From the NCBI GenBank assembly GCA_965198005.1, contig CBDAOI010000003.1:1120001-1184000 (forward strand): DNA of 64,000 nucleotides, read 5' to 3'. Position 1 is the stretch's first letter; every line of letters starts with the position of its first letter. Positions 1-8,696 of this stretch are shown piece by piece. This DNA is from Spirochaetia bacterium (GTDB taxonomy: Bacteria; Spirochaetota; Spirochaetia; SZUA-6; Bin103). The notes beneath the pieces are model-generated. The model was given only the letters and a program-made list of their open reading frames with translations, had not been told where the DNA came from and did not search any database. The position numbers were made by a program, and so were the translations under genes.

Positions 1-1163
1 GTCATCAGCAGCGTGATGGCGGCCGGGACCAGGAAGTAGCGCAGTTCCAGGTCGATGAAGAAGGGCACGGCGAGGTTGCTGCCGATCGGGACGAAGCTGA
101 TCTCCAGGGCGTTGATGACGGCGCCGGCAGCGAGCCCGAGGCCCAGCGCCGCCGCGGCGCCGAGCAGGTAGGTGGCCAGCGCCTCCACCAGCAACAGCAG
201 CAGCACCTGCGCGCGGGTGGTGCCGATGGCGCGCAGCGATCCCAGCTCGCGCAGGCGCTCCAGGAAGGCTACCGATACGATGGCGAAGATGGCGACCATG
301 GAGAGCAGGGTGATGACCGCGATCGCGAACGTGAACAGCAGATCGTAGAACGACTTGAGCTGGTCGTAGAAGTCCTGTACCTCCCGCCAGCTCGACACGG
401 CCACCGGCAGCCCGGCCTGCTTGAGCTGCCGGCGGAGGCGCTCCTGCACCGCGTCCAGGTCTCGTTCCCACCGTTCCGGGCGCAGGAACAGCAGCATCCG
501 GTGCGCGCCCGCGGTATCCAGCAGCCGGCGCGCGAACGGCAGCGGCACGTAGATCGCGTACGCGTCGTTGATGCTGCTGCCGGTGCGGACGATTCCCTTC
601 ATCTGCAGGTCCGCGGTCCTCTCCGCGCCGGCCACGCTATGCACGAACAGCGTCGCCCGGCGGTCCGGTGTGTCCGGCGTGACGGCCAGTTGCCGGGCCA
701 CGCCCTCGCCGAGGATGGCCGCGGCGGCGTCGCCGGAGGTCAGGTCGTGCCCTGCCACCAGCAGCCGCCGGCTCGCGGCGCCGCGGTTCAACCGATCGGT
801 CTGCACGCCTACTGCGGCCACGCCGGTGCTCCGTTCGCCGGCCTGCAGCAATCCCCCGAACAACAGCTCTCTGCTCGTGGTCCGCAGTTCGGGAAGCTCT
901 GCAACCAGGCGCTCGACCCGGGCCAGTACGTCGCCGGACATGAGGGGTTGGGCGCTCGGGCTGGCGTGCTGGTAGTCGGCGTGATGGAGCTGCAGGTCGC
1001 CGGCCTGGTTGCGGATTCCGAAGCTGAGGATGGAGTAGAGACCCTGCAGGTAGGCGTGACTCAGGAACAGCAGCCCGGTCCCGAGCGCAATGATCAGCAC
1101 CGCGGCCACGGTGCGGCGCAGGTTGTGCACCACGTTGAGCAGTGCGGAGATGACCAGCGCCAC
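1..1163 (-). CDS. ABC transporter permease, FtsX/MacB/LolC-E family (runs off window start)
   Basis: Manual translation: GTG at 1163 (VALVISALLNVVHNLRRTVAAVLII...), FLERLRELGSLRAIGTTRAQVLLLLLVEA permease motif; directly downstream of an ABC ATPase. Confidence 0.9.
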   Translation of the reverse strand, partial: MALVISALLNVVHNLRRTVAAVLIIALGTGLLFLSHAYLQGLYSILSFGIRNQAGDLQLHHADYQHASPSAQPLMSGDVLARVERLVAELPELRTTSRELLFGGLLQAGERSTGVAAVGVQTDRLNRGAASRRLLVAGHDLTSGDAAAAILGEGVARQLAVTPDTPDRRATLFVHSVAGAERTADLQMKGIVRTGSSINDAYAIYVPLPFARRLLDTAGAHRMLLFLRPERWERDLDAVQERLRRQLKQAGLPVAVSSWREVQDFYDQLKSFYDLLFTFAIAVITLLSMVAIFAIVSVAFLERLRELGSLRAIGTTRAQVLLLLLVEALATYLLGAAAALGLGLAAGAVINALEISFVPIGSNLAVPFFIDLELRYFLVPAAITLLM

Positions 1164-1165
1164 GC

Positions 1166-1870
1166 CTACGCGGTCCGTTCCCGCAGCAGGCCGTCGCGCA
1201 TCTGCAACAGCCGGTCGGTGGGTTCCACCAGCGAGCGGTCGTGGGTGACCATCACGAAGGTGCGTCCCTCGGCGCGCTGCTGTTCGCGCAGCAGGGCGTA
1301 GATGCGCCGCGACCAGTGCGCGTCCAGACTGCCGGTTATCTCGTCGCCCAGCACCACCTCCGGCTCCCCGACCAGGGCGCGGGCGATGGCGACCCGCTGC
1401 CGCTGCCCCGCGGACACGGCGCTGACCCGGCGCGCAAGCAGATCCCCGATCTCCAGGAGGTCGGCGATCCGCTGTACGCGGCGCCGGCGCTCGCGCCGGG
1501 GGATGCGCGCCAGCAGCAGCGGAAACTCGAGGTTGCGATAGCAGCTCATCAGCGGCACCAGTTCGAAGCTCTGCAGCACCACCGCCAGGGCGCGCCGCCG
1601 CAACCGGGTGCGCTGAGCGTCCGTGTAGCTGCGCAACTCCCGGCCCCGGTAAAGGATCCGGCCCTCGTCGACGGTTTCGAGGCCGCTCAGCACGTTGAGC
1701 AGGGTGCTCTTGCCGCTGCCGGACGGACCGAGCACGACCGCGAAGTCGCCGCGCCGCACGGTGAGGTCCACGCCGCGCAGCGCCGCCACCGCGCCGGTCT
1801 TGCTGCGGTAGCTTCTGGTGGCGCGCCGTGCCTCCAGCAGCGGTGGCGGCGCGTGGCTGCTCCCCGTCAC
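1166..1870 (-). CDS. ABC transporter ATP-binding protein (LolD/MacB-like)
   Basis: Walker A GPSGSGKS, signature VSAGQRQRV, Walker B VLGDE, VTHD. Confidence 0.95.
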   Translation of the reverse strand: MTGSSHAPPPLLEARRATRSYRSKTGAVAALRGVDLTVRRGDFAVVLGPSGSGKSTLLNVLSGLETVDEGRILYRGRELRSYTDAQRTRLRRRALAVVLQSFELVPLMSCYRNLEFPLLLARIPRRERRRRVQRIADLLEIGDLLARRVSAVSAGQRQRVAIARALVGEPEVVLGDEITGSLDAHWSRRIYALLREQQRAEGRTFVMVTHDRSLVEPTDRLLQMRDGLLRERTA

Positions 1871-2679
1871 TGCAATCGCTCCAGGTACGGCACCGGGTCG
1901 TCGCCGGCGGCCAGGGCGCGGGCTGTGGCCACGGCCGGTGGGAAGCCGGGAGCGAATTCCAGCACCTGCCCGATCACCTCCGCTGCCCGCTCCGGTTCGC
2001 CGAGCTGGTCGTAGGTCACGCTGAGCCAGACGCCCGCGACCGCCCGCAGCGCCGGTGCGCCGCCGGCGAACGCCGTGCGGAAGTGCTTGACCGCCAGCTT
2101 GCGGTCGCCGCCGAAGGCTTCGGGCGCGTTGGCGAAGGTGAAGCCGAGATTGAGGTGCGCCAACTGGTGGTCCGGATCGAGGCGCAGCGCAGTGGTGGTC
2201 GCCCGCTTGGCGGCGCGCGCGTGGAGCATGGCGCTGGCCGGGTGGGCGGCGATCTTCTGGCCCAGGATGGCGCCGTGCAGCGCGAAGCCGTCGGCGAACC
2301 GGACGTTCCGTTCCACGAACCGCTTGATCTGCTTCAGCGCGCGGTCCAGGTAGCCGGCGCGGGCGTCGCCGTCGGTGCCGGCCAGCCGATGGTAGGCGTC
2401 GTACTCGATGCGGGCGCGCATATAATGGTAGGCGGCGGGATCGCCGTGCAGCTCTTCGCTCCGTTCGCGCCAGCGCTGCACGTCATCCGTGACCTGCGCC
2501 GGATCGGGGGCGGGAGCGGCCGCCCGAGCGAACCCCTCCGCTTGCGCACGTTCATACTCGGCCAGCATCTGCGCCGCCGGCGGCGAGGGAGCGTACTCGT
2601 GCAGCTCCCCGGCGCCGCCCGCGAACCCGGCCGCCGCGCCGGCCAGCAGCAAAACCAGAACGGAGGTGTACATTTTCAT
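1867..2679 (-). CDS. Secreted TPR-like protein
   Basis: GAGGAG RBS before ATG 2679, signal-peptide-like N-terminus, helical TPR-like segments (ALRLDPDH, APEAFGGD). Confidence 0.75.
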   Translation of the reverse strand: MKMYTSVLVLLLAGAAAGFAGGAGELHEYAPSPPAAQMLAEYERAQAEGFARAAAPAPDPAQVTDDVQRWRERSEELHGDPAAYHYMRARIEYDAYHRLAGTDGDARAGYLDRALKQIKRFVERNVRFADGFALHGAILGQKIAAHPASAMLHARAAKRATTTALRLDPDHQLAHLNLGFTFANAPEAFGGDRKLAVKHFRTAFAGGAPALRAVAGVWLSVTYDQLGEPERAAEVIGQVLEFAPGFPPAVATARALAAGDDPVPYLERLQ

Positions 2680-2694
2680 CGTTCGTCTCCTCAT

Positions 2695-3021
2695 CTACCG
2701 CCCGCGTCCGATCAGGCGGGTCAGATTTTCGACGTGCCGTGCCAGATGCTGCTGGCCGGTGGCGGTCAGTTGATACCAGGTCACCGGGCGCCGGTCGCGG
2801 TAGGTCTTGTCGATCGCCAGGTATCCGGCATCCTCCAGCTTGCGCAGGTGGGTGCCCAGACTGCCGTCCTTCTCTTCCAGCACTTGCTTCAGGCGGCTGA
2901 ACGACATCGCGTCGTACTTGGACAGCAGCACGCAGATCGCCAGCCGGACCCGATGCTGGAGCAGGCCGTTCAGCGCCGCCAGCTCATCCAGGCTGGGAAC
3001 CTCGGGATCAGTGGGCGGCAT
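2695..3021 (-). CDS. Winged-helix transcriptional regulator (HTH_34/ArsR-MarR-like)
   Basis: LLQHRVRLAI...SFSRLKQVL..DGSLGTHLRKLEDAGY...RPVTWYQLTATG. Confidence 0.9.
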   Translation of the reverse strand: MPPTDPEVPSLDELAALNGLLQHRVRLAICVLLSKYDAMSFSRLKQVLEEKDGSLGTHLRKLEDAGYLAIDKTYRDRRPVTWYQLTATGQQHLARHVENLTRLIGRGR

Positions 3022-3577
3022 CGCGCGCCCGCGCTCCGAGGACCGCCTGCCAGACGAGTGCCACGGCCATGAGGACGCCGGCCAGGGTCCACTGGTACCC
3101 CGGTATGAACAAGGTCACCAGGTAGCACGCGCCGAGCACCCCGCCGATCGCCAGCATCCGGCGGTCCACGTACAGCCCCGCGTGAAAGTAGGACAGGGCC
3201 AGCAGCAGCACCACGAGCGAGCCGAACCCGGACCACGGCAGATGCCCGGCTGCAACCAGGGCAGCACCGAGCGCGCCGGCCACCATGAACGCCAGCCAGT
3301 GCAGGCCCCAGCGCACGCCGATCTGTCGGTTTCCCTGCCCGGCGTGGCGACTGGCGCGATAGCCGAGCCAGCCGGAGACGCAGAACCCGACCGGACCTGC
3401 CACCAGCCAGAATCGCCCGATCCACCGGGGATCGGCCACAAAGTCCGCCAGCGCGAAGCCGCACAGCCCGATCACTGCCCACAGCACGTAGATCGACGGG
3501 ATCGATCCGGCTCCCGCCCGTTCCGCCGCCGCCCGCACGTACGCGATGTCTTCCTTGAGGTTGTCGGTAGTAGTCAC
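3008..3577 (-). CDS. Integral membrane protein (about 6 TM) co-transcribed with the regulator
   Basis: AGGAGG RBS before GTG 3577; multiple hydrophobic segments; overlaps regulator start. Confidence 0.8.
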   Translation of the reverse strand: MTTTDNLKEDIAYVRAAAERAGAGSIPSIYVLWAVIGLCGFALADFVADPRWIGRFWLVAGPVGFCVSGWLGYRASRHAGQGNRQIGVRWGLHWLAFMVAGALGAALVAAGHLPWSGFGSLVVLLLALSYFHAGLYVDRRMLAIGGVLGACYLVTLFIPGYQWTLAGVLMAVALVWQAVLGARARDAAH

Positions 3578-3619
3578 TCTGTTCCTCCTGACTCTCGAAC
3601 CAAGATAGCTCTCCAAACA

Positions 3620-3660
3620 CGTGTACTCTATAAATTAGAGTAAACGCCTTGACCAGTCAA
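3620..3660 (-). promoter_or_regulatory. sigma70-like promoter (TTGACT-17-TAATTT) overlapped by palindromic operator TACTCTA-N5-TAGAGTA
   Basis: Inverted repeat 3624-3630/3636-3642, extendable to 11 bp with 1 mismatch; upstream of the regulator operon. Confidence 0.6.
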
Positions 3661-3980
3661 TCGGAAAATCAACCGCCGATCACCAGCATCCGGCCCGGTC
3701 GGACCAGTCGCGGGCGGTGCCGTCGAAGCAGGCGAGGGCGCGCCGGAACCCGTCCTTGCCGATGCGCGCGCCGATGCGGCGGCCGGGCCGATTCGTCCAT
3801 GCGCGGATGGCTGCCGCCGTAAAGGCGCGAGATGGTTGCTAACTGATTCACCAGCAATCAGTTACAAGAATTCCTGCTGGTTGGGCCGTGCGGTGCTTGC
3901 CCGCCACGGGAGGAGTCGTTACCATTGGGCCCGGCAATCATGGGCCAACATGTGGGCAAGTATGGTGGATGGCTCCGTAT

Positions 3981-4217
3981 GCGTCCGGATGGAGCAATTC
4001 CAAGGGGACCCAAGGCGTTGCTGGAGAAGTACGGCTGGAGCGACACGCTCGTCCTGCAAGAAGTGGACGAGGGCGTCGTGCTTCACGGCCGGGCGTCGGA
4101 CAGGCCATGGCGGCAGAGCGCGAAGTTTGGAACGATCTGGAGGTTACCGTCGCGGATGGTCTGGATTGATGGCGAAGTTCCCACGCCGATACGCCATCTA
4201 CCTTGCCGACCTCAATC
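3981..4217 (+). pseudogene. Decayed MazE(AbrB)-MazF toxin-antitoxin pair
   Basis: Fragments NSKG / PKALLEKYGWSDTLVLQEVDEGVVL / MAAEREVWNDLEVTVADGLD* across frames; TGATG coupling at 4167-4171 to MAKFPRRYAIYLADLN (MazF N-terminus), then abrupt break. Confidence 0.7.
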
Positions 4218-4257
4218 AGCCGCGATGCGATGACGGTAGTCGTGCCACGCGGTGGAC

Positions 4258-4537
4258 GTGATCGCGCAACGTCTGCGCCGGGCGCGCGGGGTGGCGGCCG
4301 GGCGCGCTACCACCGCCGAGGTGATGCGGCTCACGCGTGGGGATGACTGAGGTGGTGCTGGTCGATACCAACGTCCTGCTTGACTTGTTTACCAATGATC
4401 CGCAGTGGCGCAATTGGTCCGAACGCGCCCTGGCCGGCGCATTCATGACCGATGGCGTGGGCATCAACCAGATCGTGTACGCGGAAGTCTCGTTGGCCTT
4501 CGACGACGCGGAGAGTGCGGTAGACATAGTCAGTTAA
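4258..4537 (+). pseudogene. Decayed VapBC relic: antitoxin C-terminus plus N-terminal half of a PIN toxin
   Basis: ...RATTAEVMRLTRGDD* overlapping MTEVVLVDTNVLLDL...GINQIVYAEVS, truncated at about 64 aa. Confidence 0.75.
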
Positions 4538-4555
4538 CTGATCTGCTATAAGACT

Positions 4556-4804
4556 ATGAATCAGATCAATATCGCTGAGGCGAAGGCTCGTCTGTCGTAT
4601 TACCTCGACAGAGTAGGCAAGGGTGAAACGGTGCTCATCTGTCGTCGGAACGTCCCGATAGCCGAGCTGCGGCCGATTCCGGCCCCACTGCGTCAGCCGC
4701 GTCCCGTGGGGATCGATCGGGGCATGACGATCCCGGACAGCTTCTTCGACCCGTTGCCTGACGACCTGCTTGACGCCTTCGAGGGAAGGGGTGAATCAGG
4801 GTGA
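4556..4804 (+). CDS. Phd/YefM-family antitoxin
   Basis: INIAEAKARLSYYLDRV..GETVLICRRNVPIAEL; C-terminal FFDPLPDDLLDAFEG. Confidence 0.9.
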   Translation: MNQINIAEAKARLSYYLDRVGKGETVLICRRNVPIAELRPIPAPLRQPRPVGIDRGMTIPDSFFDPLPDDLLDAFEGRGESG

Positions 4805-5298
4805 GACTCTTGCTCGATACCTGCACGTTTCTCTGGCTGGCGGCTGACGACGCCCGGCTGACGCCGCGTGCCCGGAGCACATGCCGCAGTCCCGACAACG
4901 ACGTGTTTCTCAGCGCGCTCTGTGCGTGGGAGATCGCGATCAAGCATCGGCTTGGGCGCTTGCCACTGCCCGCGTCGCCCGTGCGTTACGTGGTGAGTCG
5001 GCGCGAGGCGCTCCGGATCGAGCCGCTGAGTTTCGACGAATCCAGCGCCGTCCACGAAGGGCTGCTGCCGCCGCATCACCGTGATCCTATGGTAGTGCAA
5101 CTCGGCGACCTGGAGTTCACAACTACCCCAACCGTGCTACCCTGGGCGAAGGCACGCAGGCACACCGGCAGCCATGGCACTTCCGCGACAGATTCGTCCG
5201 CCCCGGGCTGCAGTCGCCACTCGATCCCCCCTCGTTGGCCTCGAACTGGTGCTCGGCGCCCACTTGGCATCATCGATTATAGACCTTCGCCAGTGTAG
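4801..5298 (+). pseudogene. VapC/PIN toxin, C-terminally truncated after HHRDP and fused to unrelated sequence
   Basis: MRLLLDTCTFLW...SALCAWEIAIK...HHRDP; the expected FDRxxxAQ...D segment is absent after ~5088. Confidence 0.75.
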
Positions 5299-5311
5299 CA
5301 CGCGCAACAGG

Positions 5312-5327
5312 GCTATACTTGTATAGC
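5312..5327. promoter_or_regulatory. Palindromic operator GCTATAC-TT-GTATAGC
   Basis: Perfect 7-bp inverted repeat just upstream of the RBS of an RHH antitoxin. Confidence 0.6.
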
Positions 5328-5341
5328 GAGGAGGCGGACCG

Positions 5342-5554
5342 ATGCTGGCGCTCAGGTTGCCTGAGGATGTGGAATCTCGACTTGAGGAACTGGCCAGGCG
5401 CACTGGCCGGACGAAGTCATACTATGCACGGGAAGCGATCGTTGAGCATTTGGCCGACCTGGAAGAGTTATATCTGGCCGAGGCGGAATTGGAAGCGATC
5501 AGGAAAGGAGCGAAGACTTACCCGCTAAGCGACGTGGAGCGGGACCTTGGCTGA
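5342..5554 (+). CDS. Ribbon-helix-helix antitoxin (RelB/CopG-like), orphan
   Basis: MLALRLPEDVESRLEELARRTGRTKSYYAREAIVEHLADLEELYLAE; GAGGAGG RBS; no toxin follows. Confidence 0.85.
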   Translation: MLALRLPEDVESRLEELARRTGRTKSYYAREAIVEHLADLEELYLAEAELEAIRKGAKTYPLSDVERDLG

Positions 5555-5556
5555 GG

Positions 5557-5771
5557 ACATGGCGGTGCGGGCCGGCGGGCAGGTGTACCTGTTCGAGTTC
5601 AAGGTGGTGGAGATGGAGCCGGAGGGGAGTGCGCTGGCGCAGCTTCAGAGCCGGGACTACGCGGCCAAGTACCGCCACCTGGGCGAGCCCATCCACCTGG
5701 TGGGGGTGGAGTTCAGCCGCGCCACGCGCAACGTGACCGCGTTCGCGGTGTTCGCGGTGGCGCCGGGCTGA
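5557..5771 (+). pseudogene. C-terminal fragment of a PD-(D/E)XK nuclease domain (AAA-ATPase-associated type)
   Basis: DMAV...VYLFEFKVVE...ALAQLQSRDYAAKY...IHLVGVEFS; no N-terminus. Confidence 0.75.
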
Positions 5772-5907
5772 CTAGCAGCCCGTGGCCTTATAGCACATCG
5801 TAGAATAGGCCTTGGTACAGGAACGCAGGTCGGATCGCTTCACAGTCGCGCTCGCTCACTCCGGCGCGCCGCATCTCGGAATGCCATCCTGCGCGCATCG
5901 GCCCGAT

Positions 5908-6544
5908 TCAGACGATCGGCCGCCTGCCGCTGATCGGTCTCAAGATCTTCACATTCGTGCTTAGGCACAGCCGGCTTCGTTCACGAAGCGCCGCATACCC
6001 GTCGGCCCAAATTTTTTTCAGTTCAGGATCGGAGGGTTCGGAGGAAACATCTCGCGTTTGCTCCCAATGGGCCATGTCATCGTACCGCGTCATCAGATAG
6101 ATGCGTCTTTCAGGCGCGATGATCGATATCCACTCTCCCAGCGGCATCTGCCTTAAGCCCTTTTCAGCCCAGTGCCACCAGCGCTCTTCAGACAGGTACA
6201 CCAGCCGGTCAACGTCGTTGTCACGGACCTCGAACGTCCTTACCGTGTAGATCCCCGGGTCATCTGACGTATCAGACCTCGTCGGATACCGCCGCGTTAG
6301 AAGCCGCAAAGCGATCACGTCCGTATCTTTGACCAGCGCGGCGCGTCCCGAGGAAGCGTCTGAAAGGCTTTCCCAGTTGCGTGTTTCCTGCCACTTGGCG
6401 AGGCTGTCGTAGCTGGTCATCGCCAAGATTGTTTCCGGACCGCCCATAACGACCGACCAGAGCCCAAGGGGTCTCCTCGCTAATGTTGACAAACTCGGCG
6501 TAATCCTTCCGCTCGACATGAAAGGTTTGCAGGGTAAAGATCAT
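5908..6544 (-). pseudogene. Tandem NIPSNAP-like (dimeric alpha/beta barrel) protein with internal deletion/frameshift
   Basis: AGGAG RBS plus MIFTLQTFHV...ISEE in one frame, continuing RPLGLW...YDSLAKWQETR in another; second repeat IYTVRTFEV...PLGEW...YDDMAHWEQTR. Confidence 0.6.
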
Positions 6545-6821
6545 GTTTGCGCTCCTCTTTCTTTTCAATTTCTGTCGCTCCCATTCAAGTGAGCGTGACC
6601 GGAAGTCGCGCTTGGCGCTACATCCCCCAGACCGTGACCGGCACGCCAGCTCCCGACGGCTCGCGGCTGATCGGGTAGACTCGGGTTGATCAACACTCGT
6701 CCGGTGGTACAACCTAAACGACCAGCGCGACCAGCGGGATCGGGGTCGTCTCGAGAGTTGGGCTGGGGTACTGCCTGCCGATTCACCATGGGTGGCCACG
6801 TTGGGACGCTGAGGTGCAACG

Positions 6822-8330
6822 ATGAAGGATAGTAAGAAGGATAGACCAAATCCATACTGCGACGCGCTCGGGGTCGGGATTCCGAAGCTTGAGGTGGCCA
6901 AGGACAACCGGGGGACCCATTATTACAGGCTACTGATCGTGGTACTCCTGGAGCGAGGCGAACCCGTCACCCTGCAGGAAGCCGCGCAGCGCTTCGAGGA
7001 GGCTGGGGTGGCGCCTGCCGCGCATGCCCTGGCTTCGCTGAAGCGGTGCAAGCCGGGGCGTGCACCGATCTACCGTGATGGCGACCGGTACGCGCTCGAT
7101 CCCTACGACGCCGAGGCCGATCTGTGGGTCTATCGCCTTGGCTTGCGCCCATGGAAGGCTGCGTCGCCCGTGGATCGCCCCGCGCCGGAACCACTTCCCA
7201 CCGTTGATGCTCCGTTGACGGCGGCGTATCTCGACGAGGCATGGCGAGACGGCGTCCCAAGCAGTTGGTCGGCTCAGCGCGTGGTTCTCTGCGTCCTGGA
7301 TGCGCACGGCAGGGCTATGGATCCGGAGGACGTGATCTCGTTCGTGTCGGCGCGCAGCCAGTGGTATCCCGTCCCAGCCAGGTCGGCCAACTATTGGCGG
7401 CGTGGATCTGCGATTCGAGCAAGAGAGGACGGCTGCTGGGAACTCGACCCCAACCACGATGCGCTTCGCTCTGCACGGCAAGCTGTCATCGACCGGATCG
7501 AGACTCGCAGGCGTTGGGCAAACGAGCCACCTGATCCGGCTGTGGTTGCCGCCAATCGAATACGCTTGGAACACGAGCGCGAGGCCCGCGCCAAGGAACT
7601 CGGCCGCATGCGGCGAGTGCTGATCCACCCGTTCCCCGCCAGGAAGCCTGAGGCGCTGGTGCTGGTCGACGTCGCCGAGCGGGATCTCCACACTTTCGTG
7701 CGAGACGAGATCGCAAGCGCCGTGGAGAAGCTCGCTGCCTATGACATCATTGCAGCCATCGACGTGCGCACGCTGCTGCGGACGTTAGGCTTCGAGCCCG
7801 GGGCCCGTCGCCTTGGTGAGTTGGGACCTCCGCAGAAGACAAGAACGATCAATAGGAGCGGGCGGACCCTCAAGATCACGGTGAGTTTGCTGGTACAGGG
7901 CTCGTGCGGCATCAGCCGCCCGTTCGGCGACGCCAAGAAAATGCGTGAGTACCTCGCCGGCGGCGAGCTGACGAAGCTGCGTCGCCGGCTCGAAGCCGAC
8001 GCCAAGTCGCTCTACGCCATCTATCAATATGGGCGCCTGCACGGCACCGTGCGGCTACGCTGGGGATTTCTGGACGAACTCCTCCCCGCTCCATGGGTGC
8101 AGCGCGACGAGGTAAAGCTCTACCACCTCAAGGATCAGTCTTACCAGCGCGGCGTGCCGCTCGAGATCGTGGTTGGCAGTGCACCCGGCTGGGCGGACCC
8201 ATGGTCACGGCGACAGTTGGCCCACGTCGAAAAGGAGCAGGACGGCTGGCGGTCGTGGCTGGTCGACGACTACGGCCACGTGATCCACGAGCATGAGATC
8301 CAGCTCGCTCGGCTGTCGGGCTCCGGGTAG
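6822..8330 (+). CDS. Hypothetical protein, 502 aa (putative wHTH x2 plus degenerate DEDD exonuclease-like domain)
   Basis: GAGG RBS, long ORF with protein-like composition; domain calls are by eye. Confidence 0.75.
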   Translation: MKDSKKDRPNPYCDALGVGIPKLEVAKDNRGTHYYRLLIVVLLERGEPVTLQEAAQRFEEAGVAPAAHALASLKRCKPGRAPIYRDGDRYALDPYDAEADLWVYRLGLRPWKAASPVDRPAPEPLPTVDAPLTAAYLDEAWRDGVPSSWSAQRVVLCVLDAHGRAMDPEDVISFVSARSQWYPVPARSANYWRRGSAIRAREDGCWELDPNHDALRSARQAVIDRIETRRRWANEPPDPAVVAANRIRLEHEREARAKELGRMRRVLIHPFPARKPEALVLVDVAERDLHTFVRDEIASAVEKLAAYDIIAAIDVRTLLRTLGFEPGARRLGELGPPQKTRTINRSGRTLKITVSLLVQGSCGISRPFGDAKKMREYLAGGELTKLRRRLEADAKSLYAIYQYGRLHGTVRLRWGFLDELLPAPWVQRDEVKLYHLKDQSYQRGVPLEIVVGSAPGWADPWSRRQLAHVEKEQDGWRSWLVDDYGHVIHEHEIQLARLSGSG

Positions 8331-8468
8331 TGCTGTGCTTGAGGATGGCTTCGCGCCATAGGTGCCGGGAATGCCCCGGGACCTGGGTCGGGCGATCAAA
8401 TGCCGGTCACCGGTCCACCGTAAGCGGCATTCAAGCGGCATGCAGCTACCCGCACAAGATACCTATCA

Positions 8469-8672
8469 GCCGATCGGGACGAAGGTGATTTCCAGGGCTT
8501 CCAGGGCATTGATGATGGCGCTGGCGACCAAGCCGAGCCCCAGCGCCGCCGCGGCGCCGAGCAGGTAGGTGGCCAGCGCCTCCACCAGCAACAGCAGCAG
8601 CAACTGCGCGCGGGTCGTGCCGATGGCGCGTAGCGATCCCAGCTCGCGCAGGCGTTCCAGGAAGGAGACCGA
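8469..8672 (-). repeat. About 200-bp diverged direct repeat of the ABC permease segment at 81-275 (gene fragment)
   Basis: Long identical stretch cccagcgccgccgcggcgccgagcaggtaggtggccagcgcctccaccagcaacagcagcagca shared with 142-205. Confidence 0.9.
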
Positions 8673-8696
8673 GATGATCGCAGGTCAGCAGCCAGA

